NCBI GenBank assembly: GCA_963840855.1
Contig: CAWJBB010000061.1
Coordinates: forward strand, 64,001 to 128,000
Source: an uncultured delta proteobacterium
Lineage (GTDB): Bacteria; Desulfobacterota; Binatia; UBA9968
Direction: 5' to 3'
Length of the DNA stretch: 64,000 nucleotides
Part shown: positions 53,725-63,153 of the stretch, in pieces
How the letters are laid out: every line of letters starts with the position of its first letter
Position numbering within the stretch: position 1 is the stretch's first letter
Made by a program: the position numbers and the translations under genes
The notes under the pieces: generated by a model
What the model was told of the DNA's origin: nothing
Databases searched by the model: none
The model's input: the letters and a program-made list of their open reading frames with translations, nothing else

Positions 53725-53754
53725 AGCGGGCCGGATAACCGGCCCGCTTTTTGT
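53725..53754 (+). terminator. Rho-independent terminator
   Basis: agcgggccgg-ataa-ccggcccgct followed by a T run. Confidence 0.85.
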
Positions 53755-53979
53755 TCTGACTCGGGTACCACGCGTCTGTGTGGGGGAATCTCTGTAACTG
53801 CCAGACTCCCAAATACAATGCCGAATTGATGCCCACCGGGTGCCTTCCCCGGCCCCACGCGGGGGCAGAATACTGATTGGTTTCTTTTTGAATGAATTGT
53901 CTCAAAATTGAAGAGTTGTTTTGAAGCGCGGAATTGTATATTTATAAGAGATTGATTCAAGCGAGGGATTACGCCCACG

Positions 53980-54699
53980 ATGTCACGCGCGGAAATCATA
54001 GTCGTCCACAGCTCGGACTTACATCTCGGTACCGATGACAGCTTCAGCAATACCGACCGCCTGGCGGTGCTTCCGAAGGTGCTGAGAGCCGCGTCCGCGA
54101 TGAACGCCAATGTCGTCCTTTTAGCCGGCGATTCCTTTGACAATCACCGCCAACCGGAGCAGCTCTTGGAGCGTGCCGCCCAGATATTGCGCGATTACGC
54201 AAAACCAGTCGTTATCCTGCCGGGAAATCATGATCCGCTGACGCCCGACTCCGTATACCGGCGCGGGGGCCTGGCGCGCGTTCCCAATGTTAGTATCCTC
54301 GGTCTCAACGCGGACGAAACGGTGACCTTCAGCGAATTGGACTTGGGCATCTGGGGCAAGGCCCATGTCGACTACACCGACATGTCACCTCTCGCAAACC
54401 CCGGGGAGCGGGTGATGCGCTGGCATATCGCCGCGGCCCACGGTCATTACGTCGATGAAATTCGCGATCCCAATCGCCTGATCGGTTCCTGGCTGATCCA
54501 CCGCGAGGAGCTATACGCCACAGACGCCGACTACGTCGCCCTCGGCCACTGGAACCAGGCAACGCAGGTGGGCGATGAAAAAAGTAACGCTTACTATTCG
54601 GGTTCGCCGGAATACACCGGCACGGTCAATATCGTCAAGATGCGCGATAACGGACAGATCGAAGTCTATCAGAGTCCTCTGAACGGCCCATCCAAATAG
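53980..54699 (+). CDS. Metallophosphoesterase (SbcD/Mre11-like)
   Basis: HSSDLHLG, LAGDSFD, PGNHD, AHG, YVALGHW, YSGSPE. Confidence 0.85.
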   Translation: MSRAEIIVVHSSDLHLGTDDSFSNTDRLAVLPKVLRAASAMNANVVLLAGDSFDNHRQPEQLLERAAQILRDYAKPVVILPGNHDPLTPDSVYRRGGLARVPNVSILGLNADETVTFSELDLGIWGKAHVDYTDMSPLANPGERVMRWHIAAAHGHYVDEIRDPNRLIGSWLIHREELYATDADYVALGHWNQATQVGDEKSNAYYSGSPEYTGTVNIVKMRDNGQIEVYQSPLNGPSK

Positions 54700-54717
54700 A
54701 AAGCAATCCAGTCACGC

Positions 54718-55704
54718 CTAAGCGGTCGTTGGCATATGAGTTTGGTCCGCCGGGAAGACTGGATTTTTTGGCCGCTTTCCTTCCAGCACGCGAATCACTT
54801 CTGCAGCCGCGCCCCATTCGCCGCGCTGAGCTGCTTCCAACGTCATCGCGCCCACGTGCGGCGTCCAAAGGACGTTGTCTAGTTTCAATAGCGGATGGCC
54901 CTTCGCCGGCGGCTCATCAGCCATAACATCCAAGGCCGCCCCAGCGATCTTTTTTTGCCGCAATACTTCAAGTAGTGCTTGCTCATCGGCAATGCCGCCC
55001 CGCGCAGCATTGAGGAGATACGCGGACGGCTTCAGCAGAGCCAGTTCCGCGGCGCCAATCATGCCCTTCGTTTCCCGATTGAGAGGACAATGGATCGTTA
55101 CAAAGTCGGATTGCGCCATCAATTCTCCCAGATCGACCCATCTACCGCCCAGCGCGGTGACATGGGATTCGGGAATATACGGGTCGTGTACCATGAATTC
55201 CATGTCGAAGGCCCGCGCTCGAATTGCGACCCGCGTCCCGATATTGCCCATGCCGACGATACCGAGGGTCTTGCCGGCCAACTCGGTGCCGGTAAATTTG
55301 AGATATTCACTCCAGCGGTTTTCTTTCACCGCGCGATTGGCTTCGTGGGTGTGGCGCGCCAGGGCGATTATCTGTCCGAAAACCAACTCCGCCACCGAGA
55401 CGGAGTTGCTGCCCGGCTGATTGGTCACCCAGATTTTCAGTTCCTGCGCGGCGTCGAGATCGACGCGCGACGGATCGACGCCAACACCGGTGCGGGCGAT
55501 GATCTTGAGCCTTCCACCGGCCGTTTCCATGTGTTTTCTGGTAATCTTACCTTTGCGGCTGATCACCGCATCGACGCGGCGCGCTTCGATCTCCCAGCGT
55601 TCCGGTTCCACCCAGGGATTGACGACCACCAGTTCCACCCGTTCGCCCAGCCATTTGAGGACTTCAGGCTGAAACTCTTCGACAAGAACTCGCCCCAATG
55701 ACAT
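54718..55704 (-). CDS. D-isomer 2-hydroxyacid dehydrogenase (SerA-like)
   Basis: ARTGVGVD, PGSNSVSVAE, GMGNIG, NAARGG, LDV..DEP, TPHVG. Confidence 0.9.
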   Translation of the reverse strand: MSLGRVLVEEFQPEVLKWLGERVELVVVNPWVEPERWEIEARRVDAVISRKGKITRKHMETAGGRLKIIARTGVGVDPSRVDLDAAQELKIWVTNQPGSNSVSVAELVFGQIIALARHTHEANRAVKENRWSEYLKFTGTELAGKTLGIVGMGNIGTRVAIRARAFDMEFMVHDPYIPESHVTALGGRWVDLGELMAQSDFVTIHCPLNRETKGMIGAAELALLKPSAYLLNAARGGIADEQALLEVLRQKKIAGAALDVMADEPPAKGHPLLKLDNVLWTPHVGAMTLEAAQRGEWGAAAEVIRVLEGKRPKNPVFPADQTHMPTTA

Positions 55705-55923
55705 ATCGGTAACTCCCTTCATCGAGTCGCGGTCTCGGCTTTTCACCGCCGCGCATCACTCCAGAAAGAATCCGGCGAATAAATTTGGCAAAGCGACTTA
55801 TGAAATAGACGGGTAAGCGAGTGGTCTACCCGGTTCACGCATGGCTTCGAAGATGCCGTGAAAAACGACAACGCCCGCACCAAAGTGAAGGCCTTGTCGT
55901 TCTTATCGGTTTGACCGCGAAGA

Positions 55924-57019
55924 TTAAACTTCTTTTGACTTGATCGTGTACTTGAAGTTGCCCGGATCCAGACTGTCGCGCCTGCCGTTCGCGGTCTCTA
56001 ACTGGGGATACATGAGGAAACCGACCTCCGGTCCATTGGAGTTCGGCAGTTTCACATCATGTGAGTAATTGTACGGTAGCCAGTTCATCTCCCACGCGCC
56101 GAATAGTTTCGCCCGCGCCCTTTGTACTTTAGCATCGTCGAGGGGCAGGGGGTCGCCCGGCAGATTCTCTTCCAAAACAACCTTGCGCACGTCGGCCGGG
56201 TCCACGGGCACCCAACCGTAACCGTTTAGATAAACATCGGCCCGGCAGTGCTGCGCTCCGGTGATGTCGTCGGCTCTGCCCAGGCTCTTGAATTCACTTG
56301 AGTTGGCCACCCTAATACCGTAAACATCCCGCGCCGGCAGCGCCGCGGCGCGCGCCAAGCCGACGAATAATGCATTGAGGTCGGCGCACTTTCCGCCGAG
56401 ATATCCGGTGCGAAGCATCGTCGAGATGTCGCCGATCCCACAGCCTTTGACTTTTGGGTCTCGGAAAGTATTATCGACGATCCAATCGTATATGGCTTTC
56501 GCTCTGTCGACATCGCTCTTGCGGTTAGCCGTAATCCCGCGCGCGGTGGTGGCAACGATGCCATCGGTTCTGATGAGCTTTGACGGCTGGCGAAAATAAT
56601 GCAGCACGGCTTTATCTTCGCGCACCGACGAGTCCGGCTTTTTCGATACGTCTACACTTCGGTCCTTGGTCATAAACCGGCTAGTGACTTCCATCATCGG
56701 CGCCTTTTCTCCGGCCGCCCACTCGGCGAAAACTAACCCAGTGCCGACCTTATCGGTCTGAATTGTTTGCACCGCTTTAAAATTACCGTTCCACTTGTCG
56801 CCCTGCCGTTTGAAATAGTCGGTCTCTTTCATCAAGGGTATGGGAACCCACGCGCGCACCGCCCCCACCGGCTCCTTGACTTCGATGGTAGTCGTCACCT
56901 CAAAGGTCCGCCATTTCGCTTCATCGGCGGCAGCCATAGCGACAAACTTCGGAAAGCCGCCCAGCTGCCAATCCGGCCGAAACAGTCAGCCCTTGCCTTA
57001 AAAACTCTCGACGATCCAT
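55924..57019 (-). CDS. Tat-exported transglutaminase-like protein; frameshift in the signal region near 56965
   Basis: MDRREFLRQG leader at 57019 with GGAGGAG SD; GKCADLN (Cys), QHCRA (His), WVPVDP (Asp) triad. Confidence 0.85.
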
Positions 57020-57145
57020 AGCTCCTCCCTTTTTACCAGATAGGATATTACGATGGACGGATCATACCGCTTGGACATCCATTGTCAATTCAGAAAACGA
57101 ACTAAAAACGGGACCCCATAACGGTCTGAACCCATAACGATTGCC

Positions 57146-57610
57146 CTAGTTTTTGGCGAGGAAAGCGAGCACTTCTTCGGGATGCTCCTCGGCCTTTTTG
57201 ACGGCCGGCCAATGCTTTATCACGTCGCCCTTCGGCCCAATGACTACCGTGGAGCGGATCGTCCCTTGAACTTCCTTGCCGTACATCATTTTCTTGCCAA
57301 ACGCGCCGTATTTTTTCATCACTTCGGCATCCGGATCGGACAGAAGCACATAGGGTAGCTCGTACTTTTCGGCGAACTTGTCATGGGTGGGGATGCTATC
57401 CTTGCTAACGCCTAAAACCACAACACCCTTCTTTTTGAATGACGGGTTCAAATCACGGAACCCGCAAGCCTCCTTCGTTCAACCCGGCGTGCTGTCTTTA
57501 GGGTAAAAAAACATCACGACGGTTTTGCCCTTGTAGGCATCCAGCGAGTGTTTCTTGCCGTCGTTGCCTTCGAGGCTGAACACCGGTGCCTTCTTGCCTT
57601 CAAGATTCAT
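57146..57610 (-). CDS. bcp: BCP/PrxQ peroxiredoxin, predicted selenoprotein (TGA at 57481-57479), 154 aa
   Basis: AGGAGG SD; MNLEGKKAP.F...[21 protein letters not shown]...GVSKDS...IRSTVVIGP in one frame. Confidence 0.9.
57442..57465 (-). promoter_or_regulatory. Putative SECIS hairpin of Sec-BCP 1
   Basis: gcgggttc-cgtgattt-gaacccgt stem-loop starting about 14 nt after the TGA. Confidence 0.6.
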
Positions 57611-57679
57611 ATCGAGAAATCCTCCTGATGGATGAATTGAATCACGCTCTGTCTGCCATAGCCGAAGTCCTTTGGCAAA

Positions 57680-58488
57680 TTATGCGGGTTGCAATGCAAC
57701 AGCGGCAGCCGCCTGCGCCATCCTGCGAATTGGGTCGTAATCACGGTCGTCCGAGGCGACGAAGCGAGCGATTCGCCCTTCGTTCAAGGTCACGATGCCG
57801 AACGGATCACGGTGCATGTCGAGTAATAGAGCGCGAATCATGCCTCGTCGATGGGCGGGAACCGACTTGGAAATTACCCAGGGCGGGATGGGGCTGGGTC
57901 CCAAGGTCTCGATCACCCGGAGTTGCTCCGATATCTCCGGGCTGCTCCTGTGCGGCCCATTCCAAAACAGTGCTGTCGATGGCGGCGCAGTCGACCCGGC
58001 GGTCCAAAATCATCCGCAGGGAATTCACATGGGCGCCCGACTCCACCGCCCTAGCGAAAAAGCCAGCGTACGCGCCTAGACCCGCTAGATGAGCTCGAAC
58101 GACATTGTAACCGGAATGAGATCTTGGTTCGTTGAAAGCCCAAACCCGTCCGCGGAGATCGGAAAAACATCGATAGGGGCTTTGTCGATGTACGACGAGA
58201 TCGGAAAAATACACCGGGCGGTTCTCATACCGGCGTCCAACGGGAACCGGCACGGCCAATAGTTCCACTTGAGTGCGAAACAGTTCGAGCTTTGTGAACG
58301 TACGGTAAACCGCAGAGCCAGAGCACCTGAATCTCGCCGGCATCGAACATCCTCTCGCGTTCCTGCCAGGGAATGCCGCCGACATACTCGGTATCTATGC
58401 CGATTTTATTTTGAATGTAGCGCGCCAGGGCCCGGCAGAACGGCTCGGTGTTCTCGGCCATACAGGAAGCGATTTTCAGGAGCTTCAT
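57680..58488 (-). CDS. PhnD/SsuA-like binding-protein fold without signal peptide; two frameshifts
   Basis: WLCGLPY, PVYFSDLVV..SP...DLRG..WAFNE..SHSG, SGAH..SL, DCAAIDS, GPSPIPPWV across ORFs 58225-58512, 57807-58385 and 57680-57916. Confidence 0.75.
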
Positions 58489-58498
58489 TACGCGGTCT

Positions 58499-58780
58499 TC
58501 AACCCGCGACATTCACGCCGCGCCAGAAAGCGACGTAGTTCTTGATTGATTTTGCGGCCTCCTTGGGTTCGGGATAGAACCAGGCGGCATCTTGATTCGC
58601 CTGATCCCCCACATGAATGTGATAGTAGCTGGCGATCCCTTTCCAGGGGCAAGTCGTATGCTTGTCGCTCGAACGGAAGTATTCACGCTTGATTGAATCA
58701 GGCGGGAAGTAGTGATTTCCCTCAATCACGACCGTTTGGTCGGACTCGGCCAAAACCACATTTTCCCAGGTCGCTTTCAT
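58499..58780 (-). CDS. DUF427 family protein
   Basis: MKATW..VVLAESD.TV.IEGNHYFP, TTCPWKG.ASYY, AAWFYPEP. Confidence 0.9.
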   Translation of the reverse strand: MKATWENVVLAESDQTVVIEGNHYFPPDSIKREYFRSSDKHTTCPWKGIASYYHIHVGDQANQDAAWFYPEPKEAAKSIKNYVAFWRGVNVAG

Positions 58781-58792
58781 TGGGCACCTCCA

Positions 58793-60154
58793 TCAAAAAT
58801 CGGATACACAGCGGAATTTGGCGAATACATACGGATAGTGGGCCTGGTACCAATTGCGAAAACTGGGGCGCACGAGATCCCTCGCCGTGGCCCAAGAGGC
58901 CCCTTTTAAAACAAAATGTTTGCCGTCGAAGAAATCCGCCGAATAGTCCGGATAGCTGCGGATATAGGGGCTGAACTCCGGCAACGGAGCAAATGGTGTA
59001 TCTGTGAGTTCCCAACCATTGCCCACTAGCTCGGCAACACCCCATCGGCTCCTTCCTTCCGGTAGTGAGCCCACCGGCACCGGCGACCAGGCGACAAAAT
59101 CAAAATTGCCATGCTCCTGCTCTGGCCAGCCATTGCCCCAAGGATACGGCGTTTCCCTTTCGTCCGGCCCGTAGAAGGCCGCCCGGTGATACTCAGCTTC
59201 CGTCGGCAGCCGTTTGCCGCGCCAGCGCGCATACGCGCGCGCCTCCGCTAGACTTACATAAACAGGCCAGCTCGCTACTCGCGACAAAGGCAACTCGTCG
59301 AACATGGCGCGGTAAAACCAGCCCTCTTCCCGCTCGCTCCAGCAGGTCGGATAATGTTTCTCTTCGCGTGTCTTCCAGCGATAGTCCTCGGCGCGCCAGT
59401 AACATTCGCTATCGTAAGCTCCCGATACGACGAATTCGAAGAACTCGCCGTTCGTCACCGGCAGCGTTTCGATGCGAAACGACGGCACATCGACAACCAG
59501 TTCACCGAATTCATTGTCCCAACCAAAGGGAATATCGTCAAATCTCGCGCCGAGGCGAGCTTTGCCCGCGGGGATTGGGACCGGCCGGGAATGAGACGCG
59601 GGGTGAAAGGAGTATGGAGCCATTTTTGTCGGCGGCTGTTTTTTATCGTAGGGCATCCGCTGCAACATGTACAACAGAGTTTCTTGGTGCATGTACTCGT
59701 GCTCGAGTATCATTTGAAAAATCCGCCCGCCCCGCGCCATAACCTGAGTCATTCCGCGCTCAGAGATCGCTTCGACTGACTGCAAAATAGCGCCCCGCGC
59801 TTCGTCCCGGTAATCCAGGGTAGCCGCCAGACTCGGCCATTCATCAGGCACATCGGGATGCCAATGGCACTCCCCCGTATCGACATCCGGATCGATGCCG
59901 CGGCAAAACAGATCGTCGAAGTATGGATTACACGACCGCCAGTTTAGTAGAGCGCCGCACACTTGATTCCAGGCGAAGGCGGGAAGATGGCCGACATAGA
60001 AAATAAACGGATGGCGCCAGACGATCGGTCGAGCCAAAATATCCTGCGCCGAAACGATGGCGAAAATTTCATCCGTTCGTGCCCACGCCGCGACAAATTG
60101 TTCGCGAATCAGCTCGGCGTTTTTCTGATCTCTCCGTTGTAACGACAGTGCCAT
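58793..60154 (-). CDS. egtB: EgtB/Egt1-family non-heme iron sulfoxide synthase (DinB_2 + FGE-sulfatase)
   Basis: RHPFIFYVGH, RGIDPDVD..ECH.H..VPDEWP, EHEYMHQETLLY (H + HxxxH iron triad), FGWDNE, RLPTEAE, GNGWE.T, YPDYSADFFDG, SFRNWYQ. Confidence 0.85.
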   Translation of the reverse strand: MALSLQRRDQKNAELIREQFVAAWARTDEIFAIVSAQDILARPIVWRHPFIFYVGHLPAFAWNQVCGALLNWRSCNPYFDDLFCRGIDPDVDTGECHWHPDVPDEWPSLAATLDYRDEARGAILQSVEAISERGMTQVMARGGRIFQMILEHEYMHQETLLYMLQRMPYDKKQPPTKMAPYSFHPASHSRPVPIPAGKARLGARFDDIPFGWDNEFGELVVDVPSFRIETLPVTNGEFFEFVVSGAYDSECYWRAEDYRWKTREEKHYPTCWSEREEGWFYRAMFDELPLSRVASWPVYVSLAEARAYARWRGKRLPTEAEYHRAAFYGPDERETPYPWGNGWPEQEHGNFDFVAWSPVPVGSLPEGRSRWGVAELVGNGWELTDTPFAPLPEFSPYIRSYPDYSADFFDGKHFVLKGASWATARDLVRPSFRNWYQAHYPYVFAKFRCVSDF

Positions 60155-60165
60155 TGGGTATCCTC

Positions 60166-60209
60166 ATAGTTGATTTCTATTTTCTATATACTAAATAGCC
60201 TGTTCCTAT
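60166..60209. promoter_or_regulatory. Two LysR-type boxes ATAG-N7-CTAT
   Basis: atagttgatttctat (60166-60180) and atagcctgttcctat (60195-60209) directly upstream of the egtB-like start; both fit the T-N11-A LTTR rule. Confidence 0.7.
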
Positions 60210-60248
60210 GAAAGAGAGTTCAGAAAAATTTTCTCGCTCCAGTAGCAA

Positions 60249-60367
60249 CAATAAACGAACCCCTTCGCGGGCGGGGTTTTAACCCCGGCCTTGACCAAAG
60301 GGGATGCTCGCCCCCTTTGGAAACCCCATAAGATTGTTCCCGCCTCAAGCGGCGGGGTTTAATGGAA
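60249..60367. repeat. About 120-bp palindrome-rich dispersed element, copy 2
   Basis: Aligns with 17891-18010. Confidence 0.85.
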
Positions 60368-61276
60368 TTATTCCTTGAGAAAGTCGCGAAAGGCCCGGGC
60401 AATGGGGTGCAGCGGGCGGCGCTTGTGAAACACCGCATAAAAGCCGCGCTTCATGGTCAATCCACGGATCGGCACTTCGACTATAGTCCCCTCTTTCACT
60501 TCGTGGCGGATCGAGATGCGCGACAAGATGGAGAACCCGAATCCCGCCATCAAGGCTTCTTTCACCGCCTCGGTGCTGCCGAGTTCCATGGTGATGTTCA
60601 ATAGATCGTCCGCGGGATGCCGGCGTTCCGCCAGGAGCTGTCGGATGGTATCCAGCGTGCCCGACCCGTGCTCTCGTGAGATGAACTTTTCGGCGCGCAG
60701 ATCTCCAAGCGGCACTCCTTTGCGCCGGCTCCAGGGATGTCCTTTCGGGACCGCCAGAACCATTTCGTCATCCCAAATTTTCTCAAAAGAAAGCCTGCTG
60801 TCGCCGCCTTTGAAGCCGACAAACCCGATCTCGACCTTGCCGTCCAGCAGCTCCTCAACGATACTGGCGGAATCGCCGATTCGCAGTATCGGCTTGACGG
60901 CAGGATACTTTTTTGTGAATGCGCCGAGTTTCGGCGGCAGTAAATACTCGCCGGGGATGCTGCTGCCGCCGACCCATAGCTCGCCGCTGAGAGTGCCGTG
61001 GAACTGTTCGACGGCGGCCACAGTCTCCCGCTTGAATACGAGGAGATCTTTTGCCCTTTCGGCGAGCATCTGTCCCAATGGCGTGAAACTGACCTTTCCT
61101 GAAATACGATAAAATAGTTTGCCGCCGACGGCTCTCTCCAATTCCTGAACATGCGCGCTTATGGTGGGTTGGCGTAAGGAGAGCAGCTCCGCCGCCTGCG
61201 AAAAACTCTTGAGTTCGGCGACCCAGTAAAAAATTTCCAGCTTGTAGAGATCTAAATCGGCCTTGGTTTTAGCCAT
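60368..61276 (-). CDS. LysR family regulator, CysL-like (resembles selenium metabolism-associated LysR proteins)
   Basis: SFSQAAELL.L.QPTIS HTH; GGSSIPGEYLLP, REHGSGT, ELGSTEAVKEA. Confidence 0.9.
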   Translation of the reverse strand: MAKTKADLDLYKLEIFYWVAELKSFSQAAELLSLRQPTISAHVQELERAVGGKLFYRISGKVSFTPLGQMLAERAKDLLVFKRETVAAVEQFHGTLSGELWVGGSSIPGEYLLPPKLGAFTKKYPAVKPILRIGDSASIVEELLDGKVEIGFVGFKGGDSRLSFEKIWDDEMVLAVPKGHPWSRRKGVPLGDLRAEKFISREHGSGTLDTIRQLLAERRHPADDLLNITMELGSTEAVKEALMAGFGFSILSRISIRHEVKEGTIVEVPIRGLTMKRGFYAVFHKRRPLHPIARAFRDFLKE

Positions 61277-61311
61277 AGGCGCTTGCGGAGTTTCGCGTGA
61301 CGCGTTTTCGA

Positions 61312-61339
61312 GTAGGGGACGGTCGCGACCGTCCCCTAC
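61312..61339. repeat. GTAG-type REP palindrome
   Basis: gtaggggacggtcgcgaccgtcccctac, perfect inverted repeat. Confidence 0.75.
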
Positions 61340-61410
61340 TGGTTTAGCGGGTATCCTGATCAGGAGAGAAACGGGGGCACGCGAGAATTGTCTCGGTGCC
61401 CCCCGTAGAT

Positions 61411-61878
61411 TTACTTCTTCAGGAACTCTAGCACTTCCGCGGGATGTGCCTCCGGGTTTGTAACCGGAATCCAGTGTTTCTTGATCGTTCCGTCAGGTCC
61501 GATCAGCGCCGTGGAGCGAATCGGTCCCTCGACGGTCTCCCCTTGCGCGTTTTGCCGTGGGCCCCAGGCGCCATACGTCTTCATCACGCCGACTTGTGGG
61601 TCGGATAGTAAGACGAATGGCAAATTGAATTTGGCGACAAACTGATTGTGGGAATCGATACTGTCTCTGCTAACACCGACGACTACGGTATTGACTTGCG
61701 TTACGGTTTCGATAGCGTCGCGGAACCCGCACGCTTCTTTGGTTCAGCCAGGGGTATCGTCCTTAGGATAGAACCAAAGCACTACGTTTTTCCCGGCGTA
61801 GTCGGCCAACGAATGTTTCTTTCCGTCGCTACCCTCCAGGGTAAACGCCGGAGCCTTCTGTCCTTCAAGACCTGCCAT
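61411..61878 (-). CDS. bcp: Second BCP/PrxQ peroxiredoxin, predicted selenoprotein (TGA at 61746-61744), 155 aa
   Basis: GGAGG SD; [12 protein letters not shown]...[22 protein letters not shown]...GVSRDS...LPFVLLSD...[11 protein letters not shown] in one frame. Confidence 0.9.
61698..61734 (-). promoter_or_regulatory. Putative SECIS hairpin of Sec-BCP 2
   Basis: gcgt-gcgg-gttc...gaaa-ccgt-a-acgc imperfect stem-loop starting about 10 nt after the TGA. Confidence 0.5.
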
Positions 61879-62000
61879 CGTGCACCTCCGTTTTGATATT
61901 GTGACTATCTGTTTACCACACCCCGAAAGTATCTATCAAACAACAAAAGCCGTTATTTGTAATTGTCAACGGCCTCCTTTGAGGCTATATTTTGTCGCAA

Positions 62001-63092
62001 ATGGCCAAACAATCTTCTTTGTTCGAGTTTCACAAACTTAAAGGCGCGGTTTTCGCCGAACAGGACGGTTGGCTCTTGCCGATTCATTTCGGTAATCCTG
62101 CCGCGGAATACGACGCGGTGCGCGGAGCGGCGGGGTTGATCGACCTCTCCCACCGGGGCCTGTTACAGGTCACCGGCCCCGACCGTGTCGCCTTCCTCCA
62201 GGGAATGCTTTCCAACGATCTCCTGGCTCTCAAACCCTTCGCAGGCCAGTTCGCGACGATCCTCAGTCAACAAGGCAAAGTATTGGCTGACGTTCGGGTT
62301 CTTTGCGCCATGAACTCTTTGTACCTGGATTTTTCGGAGTCGTTGAAGGACAAGATTATCGCGCATCTGAACCGCTATCTGGTCGCAGATGAAGTCGAAA
62401 TCGCCGACCGCTCCGAAGAATATGCGACCCTTTCACTGCAAGGGCCCCATGCTGAAACACTCTTGCTGGCACTTGCCGGACAAGTTGATTTGCCTAAGCA
62501 GATCGCGCATCACGGCATCATCAATGCCGGCGGCGCCGCGATTTGCGTGGTCCGGGCGAGTCACACCGGTGAGTCAGGATTCGATCTCGTCATTCCGAGA
62601 GCGGAGCTGGTCAAGGTTGCGCAACGGCTGACTGATATCGGCCAGCAGTTCAGCGCGGCGTGGATCGGTCAGGAAGCGCTGGAAACACTCCGCATCGAAG
62701 CCGGCATTCCACGTTATGGGGTCGACTTCACCGAGGACAATTTGCTCCTTGAGACCGGGCTCGATACCCATGTGAGTTTTACCAAAGGCTGCTATTTGGG
62801 CCAAGAAATCGTCGAACGCGTGCGTTCGCGCGGGCATGTAAACAGAAAACTATGCGGCCTGCTGATTGGCGGCGCAACCCCCGCTCGCCACGGTGATGCC
62901 ATTCGGACGGATGATAAACAAGTTGGGGCGATTACCAGTTCGGTCTACTCTCCGAGACTAAAGCAAGCCGTAGCTCTAGGCTATGTTCATCGCGATAACT
63001 GGGAGCCTGGAACCCATCTGGCCATCGACCGTGACAGTGCTTCACTAAGCGCACTGGTTACCGAGCTGCCATTCGTAAAAACGGGGCCTTGA
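62001..63092 (+). CDS. Folate-binding YgfZ/GcvT-family protein
   Basis: DLSHRG, LRIEAG.P, SFTKGCYLGQE YgfZ signature. Confidence 0.88.
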   Translation: MAKQSSLFEFHKLKGAVFAEQDGWLLPIHFGNPAAEYDAVRGAAGLIDLSHRGLLQVTGPDRVAFLQGMLSNDLLALKPFAGQFATILSQQGKVLADVRVLCAMNSLYLDFSESLKDKIIAHLNRYLVADEVEIADRSEEYATLSLQGPHAETLLLALAGQVDLPKQIAHHGIINAGGAAICVVRASHTGESGFDLVIPRAELVKVAQRLTDIGQQFSAAWIGQEALETLRIEAGIPRYGVDFTEDNLLLETGLDTHVSFTKGCYLGQEIVERVRSRGHVNRKLCGLLIGGATPARHGDAIRTDDKQVGAITSSVYSPRLKQAVALGYVHRDNWEPGTHLAIDRDSASLSALVTELPFVKTGP

Positions 63093-63153
63093 ACGCCCGC
63101 CTTATTTACGTATATTAGGGCGAGCATCTTGATTTCGAGGAGAATACCGATAC

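Noticed and set aside
53760-53880. GC-rich potentially structured stretch after the terminator
   Set aside because: Matches no riboswitch, tRNA or ncRNA consensus I can recognise
51730-54699. HerA-like ATPase plus Mre11/SbcD-like nuclease as a repair or anti-phage module
   Set aside because: The genes are divergent and separated by another gene and a terminator; there is no NurA, Rad50 or Sir2 partner; DUF853/YjgR is a common stand-alone family
58781-58795. egtB TGA stop is in frame with DUF427 (four-codon spacer), suggesting a readthrough fusion
   Set aside because: The spacer contains a GGAGG SD for DUF427, the TGA is at the normal FGE-domain end (FRCV..) and no SECIS-like hairpin is evident
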